This document shows positions 1 to 13,513 of a stretch of DNA of 64,000 nucleotides, piece by piece. Both the position numbers and the translations under genes were made by a program. The notes under the pieces were generated by a model. The model saw nothing but the letters and a program-made list of their open reading frames with translations. It did no database searches and was not told where the DNA came from. The stretch lies in contig JYFJ02001710.1 of NCBI GenBank assembly GCA_000934665.2, forward strand, positions 1 through 64,000, written 5' to 3'. This DNA comes from Catajapyx aquilonaris. Lineage: Eukaryota. Numbering within the stretch: position 1 is the stretch's first letter; the number at the start of each line of letters is the position of its first letter.

Positions 1-365
1 ATATTGAAGTTCCTAATATTTCATAAAACGCTAATATGGAGTGGCTCATGGAAAATTAATGGGTGGAATTTTGGTCGTACTACTATTACTATTAACTCTA
101 GGTCTGTAGTTACTGCTAACATAGCAGTACCATTGCACTACACTGGTACTGCTAAGTTAGAAGTAACTAGTAGTACGACAGAAATTCCACAAATTTGTTT
201 TCAGAAAGGAGATTTCATGAGTAGTAAATTGGAAATTGCTTGAGTAAGACCTATGGTACAGCTTAAATCAATTGGTGAAGGTCTTACGTGCGCCTGCCTT
301 GTTTCAGTACTTTTATTCCGCCGCGGAGGTCTTACTTCTCTTACTGAAGGGAAAGTTTTTGATCT
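1..365. mobile_element. Right part of a non-autonomous TIR element (same family as 2138-2928), truncated by the window start
   Basis: 1-365 is a close direct copy of about 2565-2928 and ends in the same TIR end (GGGAAAGTTTTTGATCT) followed by AATT. Confidence 0.75.
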
Positions 366-883
366 AATTAATAAAAAGACCGTAGCATAGCGTTTCAACA
401 ATGAATTTTTCCTGTTTCTTCTTGTTGTTGTTGTTACGTTTTTTCAATCGGCCTAACTCAGATTCTGCTATAGGTAGAGCTTCCAAATTTTGAACACAGA
501 TCCCCACCATCGTGAATTGATTTCCTACCATTTACACTTTTACTTAATTCCTCTTCAAAACGCCGCAAAAAATTTAAAACCACCAAAAAATACGTCTCTA
601 TTTTTTTGCTCAATAACTATTCGGAATTCGGTTTCTTCATCAAAGGACCGAAAATGCAGTGGGATGGTGCGGATCTATGTTCAAAATATCACAGTTCCCC
701 CTGCTACAGGATTGGAGCTGTGATTTTTTTACCTCTTATTTTTTCTGTCATTACTTCATTTGTTCCTGACGCCATCACCTAGAAACGACAATTCTTGTTT
801 ACCAACTAGCCATATTGTTATTAGCGAAATGTTATACCCTGCCGCTGCTATAAGGTGAACGCATTGTACTTATTACAGATTTA

Positions 884-1312
884 CAGTTGAATCCGGATAT
901 AACAGCCTCGGCTATAACAGAGCAGGTTATAAAGGCTGTCCCGGCATGCTTCCATTAGGCACTGTGTATTTTACTCCTGATATAACAGATTCATTTTCAC
1001 CTCACCTCGGGTATAACAGACCATTTCTTGGACCCTCGGTGGGAAAATATTGTTTTCCAGGTATAAAATTTGCAAAAAGGAGACGGCAGAAGGAAATTTC
1101 TAATGTTTTGGTCCTGCATAATTTTCGGGTGAGCCAATATTGCATTTGTGACAGATTTCATTAATCGGTATGTAGTCTAGTAGTGCATAGTACAGCCACA
1201 TTGAAAGCAGAAATTTATGTTTTCGTTGCGTGAAGATTCGGCTATAACAGACCTCGGTTATAACAGACTTTTCTCGCAGTCTCTTGAAGTTTGTTGTATC
1301 CGGATTCAACTG
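884..1312. mobile_element. Tc1/mariner (pogo/Tigger-like) MITE
   Basis: TIRs CAGTTGAATCCGGATATAAC ... GTTGTATCCGGATTCAACTG, TA on both sides (882-883, 1313-1314), internal CTCGG(C/G/T)TATAACAG subrepeats. Confidence 0.8.
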
Positions 1313-1430
1313 TACTATTAACCCCGTTCGCTCCCTGCTATATCGCCATCACCAGGTAATACCGGTCAACTCTTAAGCTGATTTAATTATGAAGTTATGT
1401 TACAGTATGCGGAATATCTACCTTGAGAAA

Positions 1431-1918
1431 TGTGCCAGACTAATATTTGCTGCAATCGTTGCATTTCGCGAAAATGAAATAGGTTTGGGAGTTTTCCGAT
1501 GTGATGGAGGCAAGCCACACATAGTATTGATTTAATTCTTGGAAAGTTCCACGATTTCAGTAAATTCGTCTGGTACGGATCTCAATGTAGATAATTGAAG
1601 GGTTCATTGGTGACAGACAGTTGTCTAGTTTTGGTTTCCGCGGGTCCGGGAATTGGAAAAGATACATGTCCTGGGCATTTCCATGCAAACACAGACATAC
1701 TGTCCGTTCGTTACGCAGGTTTTGCAGACATGTACTTGCGTATTTTATTGTAACGTGCCAGACGAACTGATTTGCTGAAATCGTCGCATTTCGCGAAAAT
1801 TAAGTACGGTTGGGAGTTTTCAGATGTGACGGAGGCAAGCCGCAGATAAGTATTGATTGAATTCTTGCAAAGTACCACGATTTCAGCAAATTCGTCTGGT
1901 ACAGCTCTCAATGTATAT
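1431..1918. repeat. Pair of diverged ~160-bp direct repeats (about 1431-1591 and 1755-1918)
   Basis: Both copies run GTGCCAGAC...GCATTTCGCGAAAAT...GGGAGTTTTC...GGAGGCAAGCC...CCACGATTTCAG...AATTCGTCTGGTAC...CTCAATGTA. Confidence 0.7.
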
Positions 1919-2137
1919 ATTCCGTATATTTTACCGTATAGGCTATTTCATATTAATTAAATCAGACTAACCGTTGGCTTGTAGCACTCGCCTTTCGTTT
2001 TTTTACGACTATCTCTGTGAAAATAATTTTAGGGACTTCTAAGCGACGAAAATCGTCTCCAATGCATTCATAGTGCAGATTGTAGGCCTATAGTGTAGAG
2101 CATAAGTTATGTGTACTGTCAAAAAAGAACTGAAATT

Positions 2138-2928
2138 AGATCAAAAACTTTCCCTTGTGAGCCTTCAGTAAAAAAAAGGTAGTAAGACCTCCGCGGTGGA
2201 ATGAAAGTAATGAAACAAGGCAGGCGCAGGTAAGACCTTCACCAACTGATTTAAGCTGTACCATAGGTCTTACTCAAGCAATTCTCAGGTACGGTATGGA
2301 ACGGCTCGTAAAATGACTGCTGCAAACTACTCAGAGCAGTAGGTAGGATTTTATTATGAAAAGGAAAAAAAATGGGGGAAAAACTAAGCCCATCCTAACA
2401 GACTTGGTCCAATCGAAAAAGACCCTGTAAAATTCACCAATTAACGTTTATATGTGAAAAATTAAACGTTAGAGTTAAAATCATCATCTAAAGGAGGTGA
2501 CGATTCTGCATGGATGTTTCATGGCAATAATTCGCACTAATCGCATAGAAATTCAATGTGCTTAATATTGAAGTTCCTAATTTCAGAAAACACTAATATG
2601 GAGTGGCTCATGGAAAATTAATGGGCGGAATTTTCGTCGTACTACTATTACTATTAACTATAGGTCTGTAGTTACAGCTAACTTAGCAGTATAATTCCAG
2701 TACACTAGTACTGCTAAGTTAGAAGTAACTAGTAGTACTACAGAAATTCCACAAATTTGTTTTCAGAGATTTCATGAGTAGTAAATTGGTAATTGCTTGA
2801 GTAAGACCTATGGTACAGCTTAAATCAATTGGTGAAGGTCTTACGTGCGCCTGCCTTGTTTCAGTACTTTCATTCCGCCGCGGAGGTCTTACTACCCTTT
2901 TATTTACTGAAGGGAAAGTTTTTGATCG
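2138..2928. mobile_element. Non-autonomous DNA transposon with ~145-bp TIRs and AATT target duplication (possibly Sola1-like)
   Basis: 2138-2283 is the reverse complement of about 2790-2928; AATT flanks both ends (2134-2137, 2929-2932). The superfamily is inferred only from the AWWT-type TSD. Confidence 0.7.
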
Positions 2929-3165
2929 AATTAAATTTATAACGCCGCCTTAAATATCATACGCCAGAGGTTATACTTTATGCGAGGTATTTAATTCCGA
3001 ATGGCTCAAATTCTGAAAATGAGCCTGAAAGTTACACTTGCACCTTGCACATCTCCCAATCACCCTATACTTGCGGACCCGGGCATTTCGTCTAGACGAG
3101 AAAAAACTTGATGAAAAAAAATAAAGGTGTGATGTGCGTGTGAGACGTATAGATACACTACACCC

Positions 3166-3392
3166 AATTAGAGGCACGGCCTTCAAAATTTAAGAATTAC
3201 AGGAAGCAAGATGGGCAAGATAAGTCTATCACGATATTTCTTTATATAAATGGGCTTCCTGGCCTAAAATTAATGTACTGTATACATTGAGTGGGAAAAC
3301 AACGTTGGTGCTGTGAGCCCCACGAAAAACACGCATAAGGCGTAACAGAAACAAATTATTGCAAAAATAAGCAGCGCCAGTGACGTGGGTAT
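3166..3392. repeat. Interspersed repeat, copy 1 (copy 2 at 7901-8131)
   Basis: Shared sequence AATTAGAGGCACGGCCTTC...ATTTAAGAATTACAG...AAATTATTGCAAAAATAAGCAGCGCCAGTGA. Confidence 0.7.
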
Positions 3393-3721
3393 AAAGAAGG
3401 TGTAGCCTGTAATGACATCAGTGACTGTTGATTAGGTGAGGAAAGGAAAGAGACGGAACATGGCACTTGCGGAATTCTCAAAGAAATGTTCAAAAGGATA
3501 TAATTATGTTCCCATGTTTTATTTTTTTGCTGGATTATACTCGTAAGATGACATGATTTGCATATAAAGTATAGGGATACATGCAAAAGCTTTTTATTCA
3601 CGGTATACATTGTGTCAATATGTTAATGTAACAAGAGTACGGTACTACATACTGATTATAGTGTAGCCTATAGCTAGTATAGCATCAAGTGCAATAGAAC
3701 AGTAGAAGAGTCCCAAAGACG

Positions 3722-6700
3722 TCACACGCAGTGCTTGAGGTTACTAATGTGTGACGTATATTTGTCGTCGAGATATTTCAAGAAATTGGCCACTCGTTGC
3801 CCCTTCTTTTCATCATATCTATAATTCTCTCTTTCGTCTTCTAATTTCTCCAGGTAAGGCTGGAAAGACATTGCATTAAATAATTGTGAGCGGTAGCCAC
3901 TGGTTGCACTAGAACCAATATGTCAATGTTAAATTAAGAATGTCAAAAAAGTTATCAACAAATGTATACTTGCGTTACAGTAAAAGCCATATTTAAGATG
4001 TGTCATGCTTGCTTATTGTATCATTGCTTTAGGTCTCCTACATTACTATAACTACCCGTTTATATGGCAAAGATGTGATGCATTGTTTTATGGATGGATA
4101 TACCTTCAGTTGATCAGCATGACGTTGAAACATCAACATTCCGCCGACAAAATTCCAGAAGTCGTAGTTTGGCCACAACACCTTGTCAAATGCAATGACA
4201 CTGTATGCACACTGGAACAAGAAGCTAATATTATGGGTAAATTTGCTAATAGCGCAATAATGAGCACCAAGCTTCACTGAAAAATGGACGTGTATACTGC
4301 ACATTTCAAACTGAACAAGAATTACCTGCCAGAGCATGAAGTTGGAGAACCTCATTTCTCCAGAGGTTCTGACGATCATGTCAACTGGAGGTAAGTCCGA
4401 AGTTTGAAGACACTGCTCCATCAGTGCCTCTGACACGTCATCTGGTTCGATCAGACCTTTCCTCACTCCTTCCTTCAGCTGGTTTATGGCGTAGGTTATG
4501 TCATCTCGGCCTAAGAAAGAAAGATAATTATTATTATTCTCTATTCCCTGAATAAAGTAGTATTCTGAATTCTGACTAATCCTCAAAAATACTTCGGAAT
4601 TTGGATATTATGATCGCGTTAATTACTCACCAGCATAAGGCATGGCCACAGTGTAGACATGCTTATTACAATGACGAGTTCTCTCAATCAGCTCCCCAGC
4701 CAAAACTCGTAGCTTCTGTGGAAATAATTCCAATCGTCCAATAACTCGAAATTGGATTCCATTCTTGATCATGAAATCTCTGTAAAGGTGAACAATATCT
4801 CAAAATTAAACTTGTGGCGGTGATGTACAGTGCCATAGCGGTCTTCTAATATTATTCATGAAATGCATAATATTATGAAGTCTATAAAAACATTGTTCTA
4901 TATAAAAAGCATTTTTTAAAATATGTGAATAGTGATTCTTATTGTACTACTCACTCTGACTCCATATTATCCGCACTTAGAATTGCGTTGTCAGGCACAG
5001 TTTGTATTGCACAGTGCCGATGCCGTGGGGAGGGGCAAAATAGGGAAATTTTGAAAAGTGCTGAAAATTAGGCCTTTTATGATATTTTTTCCGGTTCGGT
5101 TAGTCAAAACCAAATAAACATATATGTATCAAAATAACTATGGAAGAGAACAGCGAGGAGAATACGTATATGAAATTATATTTCCTAAAAAAATGTGCGC
5201 GGCATTCCATCAGTCACATGCTCAGAATCATGTCCCCAATAATTAGTGATCATGATCATTATATTTGCGTAACAAATTAACAAGAGTCATATTTAGTGAC
5301 AGCTCTTGGTGACAGGAGTTGTGACCCATACAAGGTTTAATATGTTCAGGTTCAAGCCTGGTTCATTCATGGATCACGAGAAAATAATAGATACCCGTAT
5401 ATTTTGGAAATATACCATTAATTTTCAAAGACCTTGGACATGTGACGGATGGAATACCACACACATTTTTCTGGTTACATTATAAGGAAATCTATAACTC
5501 CATAGGCGCATTCTCCTCGTGTTTTTCTGTCATCTGATATATACGAGTATGTTTTTGTCTACTCTATTCTGTTTTGACTACATCCACTAACCGAACAAAA
5601 ATTATCCAAAAGACGTCTCATAATAATTATGAGACGTCTTTTGGATAATTTTGGAAAAATTGCGATATTTTGAAAAGGGCTGAATAATTATTATTCAGCC
5701 CTTTTCAAAATATCGCAATTTTTCCCTCCCCACGTAATTGTGCAAAATGGGTGACACTTGATGTGCAGTGTTATGGCATACGTGTGTACAGATGTGATTT
5801 GTTTCATCAAGTTACGAGCAGTTCTAGCAACATTTCGGCCCACTTGATTCTGAATGACCCCTAGTCGACCGTTCCAAACCTTAAAACGATATATCTCAAG
5901 GGCTGTCCCTGACAGCACTATTCTAAGTGCTGATTTGAATCGGTTTTAGGAAAAAGGATGTAAGTCACAAAAATACAACTTTTAGAGAATGACAAAAAAC
6001 TGTCACTGACTTAGGGCTTTATTCCAAGAATCATGATATGAGAACATGCTGCTATTCGTGCATGGCTGGCCTGACTGACATCGTTCCTATGCCAAAAGAT
6101 GCCCCTTGCGCTGTACTATACCATGGACGAATAACCTGAAAATCGCAATTTTGTGACTTACATCCTTTTTCCTAAAACCGATTCATTTGGAATCAGCGGG
6201 GGGCGGGGGGAGACCTTATATAAACACATACGGTATCATTACATGAGAAATAATAGACTACCCTTGCCGAACAATGTAATTTACACCCCTCAAATATATT
6301 TATAGAAAGAATCTGTGCGAAAGAATTATTGTCACCTTCAATCACTGAATGATCGCTGCAGGTAATAAACTATTTAATTACAACAGTATACCGTATATAG
6401 TCCGCTTTCAACTATTTTTCCTATGAAATCCGACGCCAATGCAACAAGCTTACTCACATCTCTTCCAAATATTGCGTCATGGCATCTTCAAACACCTTAA
6501 TCAATCCTTCAACTTCCTCTTGAGCTCTTCCAAAATTATCCAGGCTGAATGCAAAAGTTGTCACAGCGTAAACACCTAAGAATCCGCACCATATTACCAC
6601 TTTTTTCATTTTCACACCACTGGAATTACAGTAGAAATAAGCAAATAACTCACTCAACATATAGGGTGTATTTAACTGTCCCCATCCACCTTTCCATATT

Positions 6701-7093
6701 GACATGCTGACATATAAAACCATTTATGCTTAGCTTAAAATGTGTAACGTATTTAGTATTATCGTATTTGCAGTTACATTATTTTCCACATTGTAACTCA
6801 CCCATCTGTGTGTCCTTGCATGATCGGAAGTCCTTTCGACTTGGCGTATCGTCTGTTTCCATCCATGATGTACCCAACATGACGAGGTACACTTCCTTGC
6901 TTTATTATGTCCAAGACATAGCGCTGCAGCCACGAGGGGTTGTAATACGACTTAGGTCGGTAGTCCTAAAATCATGTGTGTAAGTAAGACATAATTATGT
7001 GCAGTACAATATGATGGAAATGCTTCTGACCATCTGGCATGATATGAACAATGAGTCGGAAACTATCATCAAAGTAAGGTGTCACCTTACCAT
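3722..7093 (-). CDS. DHDDS: cis-prenyltransferase, dehydrodolichyl diphosphate synthase-like; coding exons 7091-7093, 6802-6965, 6458-6619, 4631-4779, 4326-4510, 4104-4211, 3722-3859
   Basis: The spliced reading gives [60 protein letters not shown] and a C-terminal [10 protein letters not shown]. All introns are GT-AG with compatible phases. Confidence 0.9.
4960..5932. mobile_element. Foldback/MITE-like element in the large DHDDS intron
   Basis: Imperfect inverted ends (GCACTTAGAATTGCGTTGTCAGGCACAG vs CTGTCCCTGACAGCACTATTCTAAGTGC) and internal inverted similarity between about 5030-5220 and 5440-5730. Boundaries are approximate. Confidence 0.5.
5937..6184. mobile_element. MITE with ~36-bp TIRs and ATTT target duplication
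   Basis: GAATCGGTTTTAGGAAAAAGGATGTAAGTCACAAAA ... TTTTGTGACTTACATCCTTTTTCCTAAAACCGATTC, with ATTT at 5933-5936 and 6185-6188. Confidence 0.8.
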
Positions 7094-7228
7094 CGTCTGT
7101 TATTACTAGCCGCACTTCCTAAGAGTCTGATGAAAGGAATGTGAATCAAGCTGAGACAATCATGCTGGCTCTTTATATAGGTACGCCTAGCCAAAGTGTA
7201 CAATACACCTGACAAAAGGTCCAGGAAG

Positions 7229-7527
7229 AGTGGAAACTTATGCGTCAGTATTATCTAACTTGACTTATAGAAGAAATAATATATTATTATTTGCATAGAA
7301 AAATATTATAATCGGGCACAGATTTCCCATGGGAACAAAAGGAGGAGGAAGTGTGGAAACTTATGCGTCAGTATTATCTAAACATTCTAAAGTGACTTTG
7401 GTAGTGCTCATTAACAGAAGAAATGATTATTTACAATAGACGCAAATTGAGAGAAAAATATAAACAGGCAGAGATTTCCCATGGGAAATGTCTGCCTGTT
7501 AGATAACACTTACGCATAAGTTTCCAC
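7229..7527. repeat. Small composite direct/inverted repeat upstream of DHDDS
   Basis: GTGGAAACTTATGCGTCAGTATTATCTA occurs twice (about 7230 and 7353), with an inverted copy at about 7500-7527 and a hairpin AACAGGCAGAGATTTCCCATGGGAAATGTCTGCCTGTT. Confidence 0.55.
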
Positions 7528-7900
7528 AGCGCCACACCAACTGTTTCTTGTCACAACAGCATGTTACAGTGCTATGAAACGTCTTTTCTCAGGTGGAATG
7601 CGATTTGAGAATACCCATATAAGGGCCATGATGTATACCCAACACTCCCTTGCTTTATTAAGTCCAGTACAAAGCGCTCCAACCAGCACTTGAAGTAATA
7701 CAGGCTGATGAGGACTGCTTCTGTGCAGTTGTCTGTGTGAGATTTACAGTGCGATCAAAGGTTTATCCATAATTTACTTTAAAGCTATGGCTCCAGTGAG
7801 ATTGGACACACTTTCATTTTACATCCTCTATTCACATGGTGACAAGCCTGAAACCAACTACTATATGAATAACATCTGAAAAGAAATTCATCCAACCAGG

Positions 7901-8131
7901 AATTAGAGGCACGGCCTTCCATTTAAGAATTACAGAAGGCAGGATGGGTAAGATAATCTATCACGATACTTCTTTACATAAATGGGTTTCCTGGCAAAAA
8001 TTAGGGTACTTTACATTGCGTGGTAAAACGTTAGTGCTGAGAGCCCCTCGAAAAACACACATAAGGCGGCAACAAAAACAAATTATTGCAAAAATAATTG
8101 CAAAAATAAGCAGCGCCAGTGATGTGGGTAT
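7901..8131. repeat. Interspersed repeat, copy 2 (copy 1 at 3166-3392)
   Basis: Direct similarity to 3166-3392. Confidence 0.7.
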
Positions 8132-8674
8132 CAAGGAACCTAAGTGTAGGCTATTTCTTTGCAGATAAACTGCCAGAGTGCTGATGTTTGTTGGGTACTT
8201 TCATTGTGAAATCAGTGGCGCCCTGATTTTGCAATCGTATAGCTGGTCTACTAATAACGGACTAATTTATACCAGAACCAAAATTATTGGCCGTATCACA
8301 GAATTTGTTGCTGTTAAGCTATGTACACGTTATTTTGTACAAATGAAATCCCTCATAGCAGAATCTTTGTGTGCATATTCAAAAATTACCTCATATTTTC
8401 GAACAATTAAAACTTGAACACAAATTCACCATGCACCTTGATTGACTTGCATAGTACGTCGTAATCATTCGACAAAATGTGCATAAAATTTATAGGCTAC
8501 AGTGTAAGGGGGAATTATTGTGGCACATGGGCGATGTTGAAGTTTTTATGACTGACCGAAGTAATCCTGAAATTCCAGTAGAAAGACAACAATGTCACAC
8601 ATAAGACATAACACAGAATTATTAATATTTGTTAATATATTTTTATAATAAAGTTACTATTTGTTAATATATTT

Positions 8675-9057
<383 letters not shown>

Positions 9058-9747
9058 AATGTATTTTAGTATAATAAAGTTAATATTTGTCTAACCTTGA
9101 TCTTTGCCTGCACATAAGTTATTACATAAGGAAATATTTAAAATTTTAACGTTTTAATTCGGAAAAAAACAGGTGTATAGTATGGCAAAATTACAATAAT
9201 ACCGTATTATTCCTGAAGTAGTTTGCCAACATCCGTGTTTCACGCTGCATAGACTCTATACGTAGAATTCGTCAGTATTATCATGGGGCATGGGCTCTAT
9301 TGGGATCTATTCTGTACAACTATATACGCGTACAGTACGGTATAATTACGCCCCCGCGGCAGGGTACTGAACACACTTTACAAGTAGTGTCTTCAGTACC
9401 CTGCCGGTGTAACCTTTTTCAGTGCAACCCGCAAGGCTGAAAACCCGTTCAATCAGGTTCAAATACCTTGACTCTTGCCAGCCCGCCCGACCGATTCAAA
9501 CTGATTGGACGTGACGTCACGCCGTAGACCGTAATAAATAAATTGATTACTGCCGTATTTCTAATTATTTTATAAAACCGACCGGGGTTGTCGCCACCTA
9601 CGATTTTTCCCCACCCCCTCGCACTCGCTTGACCCGTGACTCTGATACACCCAGATATAGCCCATGTGCAGAATAATGTATAGGTAAGACGTCTTGTTGC
9701 ATGAGCACCTGATGACAACAGGTCAGGAAGCGTGTCCCATTCAAGGC

Positions 9748-9819
9748 GCGATGGTGGTGTAGTGGTCAGCATAGTTGCCTTCCAAGCAGTTGATCCGGGT
9801 TCGATTCCCGGCCATCGCA
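9748..9819 (+). tRNA. tRNA-Gly-TCC: tRNA-Gly, anticodon TCC (copy 1)
   Basis: 72 nt, acceptor stem GCGATGG/CCATCGC, anticodon loop CT-TCC-AA (TCC at 9781-9783), GGTTCGATTCC T-arm, downstream T-run terminator. Confidence 0.96.
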
Positions 9820-10121
9820 CTTCCTTTTTTTTCCCGTTTAAAATAATTAGGAGAGATGGTACAGTACAATCAAACCAACATCTTGGTGCTGTGAACCATA
9901 ATTGCTATTTCATGTTTCATTCGGATTTACCTCATCATGGTCTATCCAAATGATTAGAGTAAACAAGGAATTAGCAGAAATAGGAGAAAATTATCCTACA
10001 TCAGGTAGTACACGTAAATGTCTACACAGAAGACCAATAGTCGGATTGTATTTTTAAACATTTTAGACGGCCACGGTGGGTGGCATCACTTTTCTTACAC
10101 TGCAATATTAATAAATAAACT

Positions 10122-10131
10122 GGGAAATTCC
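10122..10131 (+). promoter_or_regulatory. kappaB-like site GGGAAATTCC upstream of peptide gene 1
   Basis: Exact match to the Rel/NF-kappaB consensus GGGRNWYYCC, about 120 bp upstream of the TATA box at 10253. Confidence 0.45.
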
Positions 10132-10347
10132 GAAAGTTCATAATACTGCGTACCAGTCAAGTTCCAGTGTACAGCTGCAACCTATCGCTGCTATAGGACT
10201 TCAATGCACCAATAGTTCTGCAACTCTGAGCAGCAATTTGGCAAGAAAACAGTATAAAAGCTGCTTACTCCAAGGATCAGTATCAGTCGCTCAGGCGCAC
10301 TTCTTCACACAACACAAGAGCAATCGTCAAGTTCAATTGCAATCATC

Positions 10348-10686
10348 ATGGACGCAAAGGTAATTGAAGTAATAGATTGTTTAATGCCATAGCACTAACT
10401 CACTGTTTCATGTCAAGTGCAGATACTGCTGTTCCTCGTTGTGCTGGGAGTGGTGGCGTGTGTGTCAGAAGGAGGTCACACCCACTACAAGTACGGGTTT
10501 TCCACAAAGGGCAAGTACGGGGCAGCCCAGGTGGAGGCTGGTGCAGATGACCACAAGTGGGGTTTCTCAGTCAACAACCACCACAAGGATGGGGTCAGCT
10601 ACATCAAGCAGAGTGGGGACAACACTCACCACGGAGGATTCGGAGGTGGTGCTGGAGGGGCTGGAGGGTTCGGAGGAGGATTTTAA
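10348..10686 (+). CDS. Secreted Gly/His-rich peptide, copy 1 (exons 10348-10359, 10423-10686)
   Basis: MDAK micro-exon, GT-AG intron, signal peptide, conserved core, Gly tail; TATA at 10253, TCAGT Inr, AATAAA at 10723. Confidence 0.88.
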
Positions 10687-11986
10687 ATGCCCTTTTAGTG
10701 TCTTGTAATACAAGTGGTTTTTAATAAATGCATACAAAAATGTATTCTACGATTATCAACCTTCTTTACGTCAAATGGCGTGGTAATCCTCAAAGAGATA
10801 GTGGTCCCATTATTATGACACCCATAGCCTACTCTATTGCGTTTTTACAGCTACTATGTCGCTCAAAAACATAGAGACGATTTTGCATTTTAATCACGTG
10901 CAGCCTGCACTTGAATCAAATGCAAAATCGTCCAATATGTTTTTGAGCGATATACAAGTAGTACAGTAAAAATTGCCCGAAAATAGCCCCAACAGTGAAA
11001 AAATTGGTACCGTACCTTCCTGAAACTTTTGGTTATAACTCCTATTGATAATGCCGTGCAAGAATCTGAAGAGTCCCTAAAGAATGGGTGGGTGGAAAGT
11101 GGTTTTTGGGGGTGGATGAGGGGGGGAGATGTAGGGAAAAATGAGATCAGCCAAAGTATAAGTGTGGGATGTCCATTCATATGTTTTCTGGCATGCACAA
11201 GCGAATGAAACCATAATCAAGGCCATAAAACCAACAGTTGACGTGATAAAACAAGTTTCCATGAAATTGTTTCCAAGGAACCCAACCCCAGCCCTGCGTA
11301 TACTGTCCCGCATTACTTTTACCGACCTTTACAGACTTCGCCTTCCTGCTGCAAGTACAACGTGCAGGGTAAATTTCAAACAACCTGCGACTTGCAAGTG
11401 CCCCAAGTAGCTATTTTGATTAGCATTGATTAGCACATTGATGTTCGAGAGAGTAGGGTGAAAAGAGACGAACAAGACATGCAGAAACTGTACACTAGGT
11501 TGGAGGTGAACGATCCTTTTTCAAACAAAAGTGATTTTGTAATATCCCTCATAAGTGGAATTACTGGCAATGAATCCATCAACTGTCATTTTGCAAAAGA
11601 GATTGGTACACAAGGCAGGAAGATCTAGGCAACTTTTGCAAGCCATAATTCCTTTCCTGAATATTAATGTAGATGCCACAGGAAAATAGAGCAACCGCAT
11701 CAAAATCAAGAGCTATCTTTCAAAGGTGTTTTGAAACAGGGAACCAAAGTTTCAAGATATATACGATGTGATTTATTTTGGCGTACGACTCAATACATTA
11801 ATTAATTTATTAATCATGATTAGAACCACACACCTGTACTATTAATGACAAACTCAGCCTGAAACTGTGACTTGCCAGCTTGCATTTTCGTTCTCCATAC
11901 AAAACACATGGGCAGAATAATGTATGTAAGACGTCTGGTTGCATGAGCACCTGAGAGCAGGTCAGGAAGCGTGTCCCATCCAAGGC

Positions 11987-12058
11987 GCGATGGTGGTGTA
12001 GTGGTCAGCATAGTTGCCTTCCAAGCAGTTGATCCGGGTTCGATTCCCGGCCATCGCA
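11987..12058 (+). tRNA. tRNA-Gly-TCC: tRNA-Gly, anticodon TCC (copy 2)
   Basis: Identical to copy 1; T-run terminator follows. Confidence 0.96.
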
Positions 12059-13150
12059 CTCTCTTTTTTTAAATCTTATAAAAATCTTTCGGTAGAATTT
12101 AGAGAGATAAGTCAAACCGTGGATTATGGTGCGGGTAAGTTAATGTACTACGTATTTACGTTTTGAAAGGGTATAACGACTAACCAATCTCCCATGCGGA
12201 AACATTTGAACAAGACTGCCGATCCGTTCTAATTCATGGCGATTTACTGGGTTGCAATAATTAAATTTGAGACATTTCAGTGCGTCCGAGAATTCACAGG
12301 ACAAATAGGGTTACAGTATTAGGTTCTCTCCTTGACATGACAGACTCTCACGAACTTGACAAGATATCAGCATACGTACAACAATGTTGAGTTTGTTACA
12401 AAGAGTGAAGAAATCTACGATATTTTAAACTCCTGCATAGTTAATTTGATCCTGAACCGATCCTGTCACGATTTCAGATGTTTTTATCAGTAACTTCATC
12501 ATGGTATATCCACAATATAAGAATAAACCAACACTTAGCAAGTGTACCGGAATATCTCGTTCAGGTCAATCCCTACACAAACGAACAGGTACTCGCTTCG
12601 GCGGTACACACACGAATGAAACGGTAGTCGGATTAAATTTTTGAAGGACATTTCGGACCTATTTCTATGATATGGCTCAGTCTAATTTATATCATTTTAA
12701 CCAATAATAATTTATTGTCGACATCGTACGTGCTAACGTCCAGTAGGCCTACCAGTACCAGTATAATATTATACTTGGTCAGTTGGTCTCTCAAGACAGA
12801 TGCTACCCACAGAACATTTCCGAATGACACGTCCTCCGGATAACTCACCGCGATGACTGAGGGCGATAAAAAACTCGCCAAAATGCAAAGTTGTCTTGCC
12901 TTGCGGATTGTAACTTCTGCTGAGGCAATACTTGTGACATTAGGATAGTTCGTGCTGCATACCAGTCAAGTGACTGTGTACAGCTGTAATCATGTGCTAT
13001 ATAGGACTTTACTGCACCAATAGTTCTGCAACTCTGAGCAGCAATTTGGCAAGAAAACAGTATAAAAGCTGCTTACTCCAAGGATCAGTATCAGTCGCTC
13101 AAGCGCACTTCTTCATTCAGGCAAGAGCAACCATCAAGAATCGAATCATC

Positions 13151-13513
13151 ATGGACGCAAAGGTAATTGAAGTAATGGATTGTTTAATGCCATCGCACTT
13201 ACTCGCTGCTTCATGTCAAATGCAGATACTGCTGGTCCTCGTTGTGCTGGGAGTGGTGGCGTGTGTGTCAGGAGGAGGTCACACCAACTACAAGTACGGG
13301 TTTTCCACAAAGGGCAAGTACGGGGCAGCCCAGGTGGAGGCTGGTGCAGATGACCACAAGTGGGGTTTCTCAGTCAACAACCACCACAAGGATGGGGTCA
13401 GCTACATCAAGCAGAGTGGGGACAACACTCACCACGGAGGATTCGAGGGAGGGTTCGGAGGTGGGGCTGAAGGGGCTGGAGGAGTCGGGGGAGGGTTCGG
13501 AGGGGGATTCTAA
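13151..13513 (+). CDS. Secreted Gly/His-rich peptide, copy 2 (exons 13151-13162, 13226-13513)
   Basis: MDAK exon plus ILLVLVVLGVVACVSG-GGHTNYKYGF...; TATA at 13061, AATAAA downstream. Confidence 0.9.
   Translation: MDAKVIEVMDCLMPSHLLAASCQMQILLVLVVLGVVACVSGGGHTNYKYGFSTKGKYGAAQVEAGADDHKWGFSVNNHHKDGVSYIKQSGDNTHHGGFEGGFGGGAEGAGGVGGGFGGGF

Noticed and set aside
9449..12059. ORFs beginning MRWPGIEPGSTAWKATML
   Set aside because: Antisense translation of the tRNA-Gly genes.
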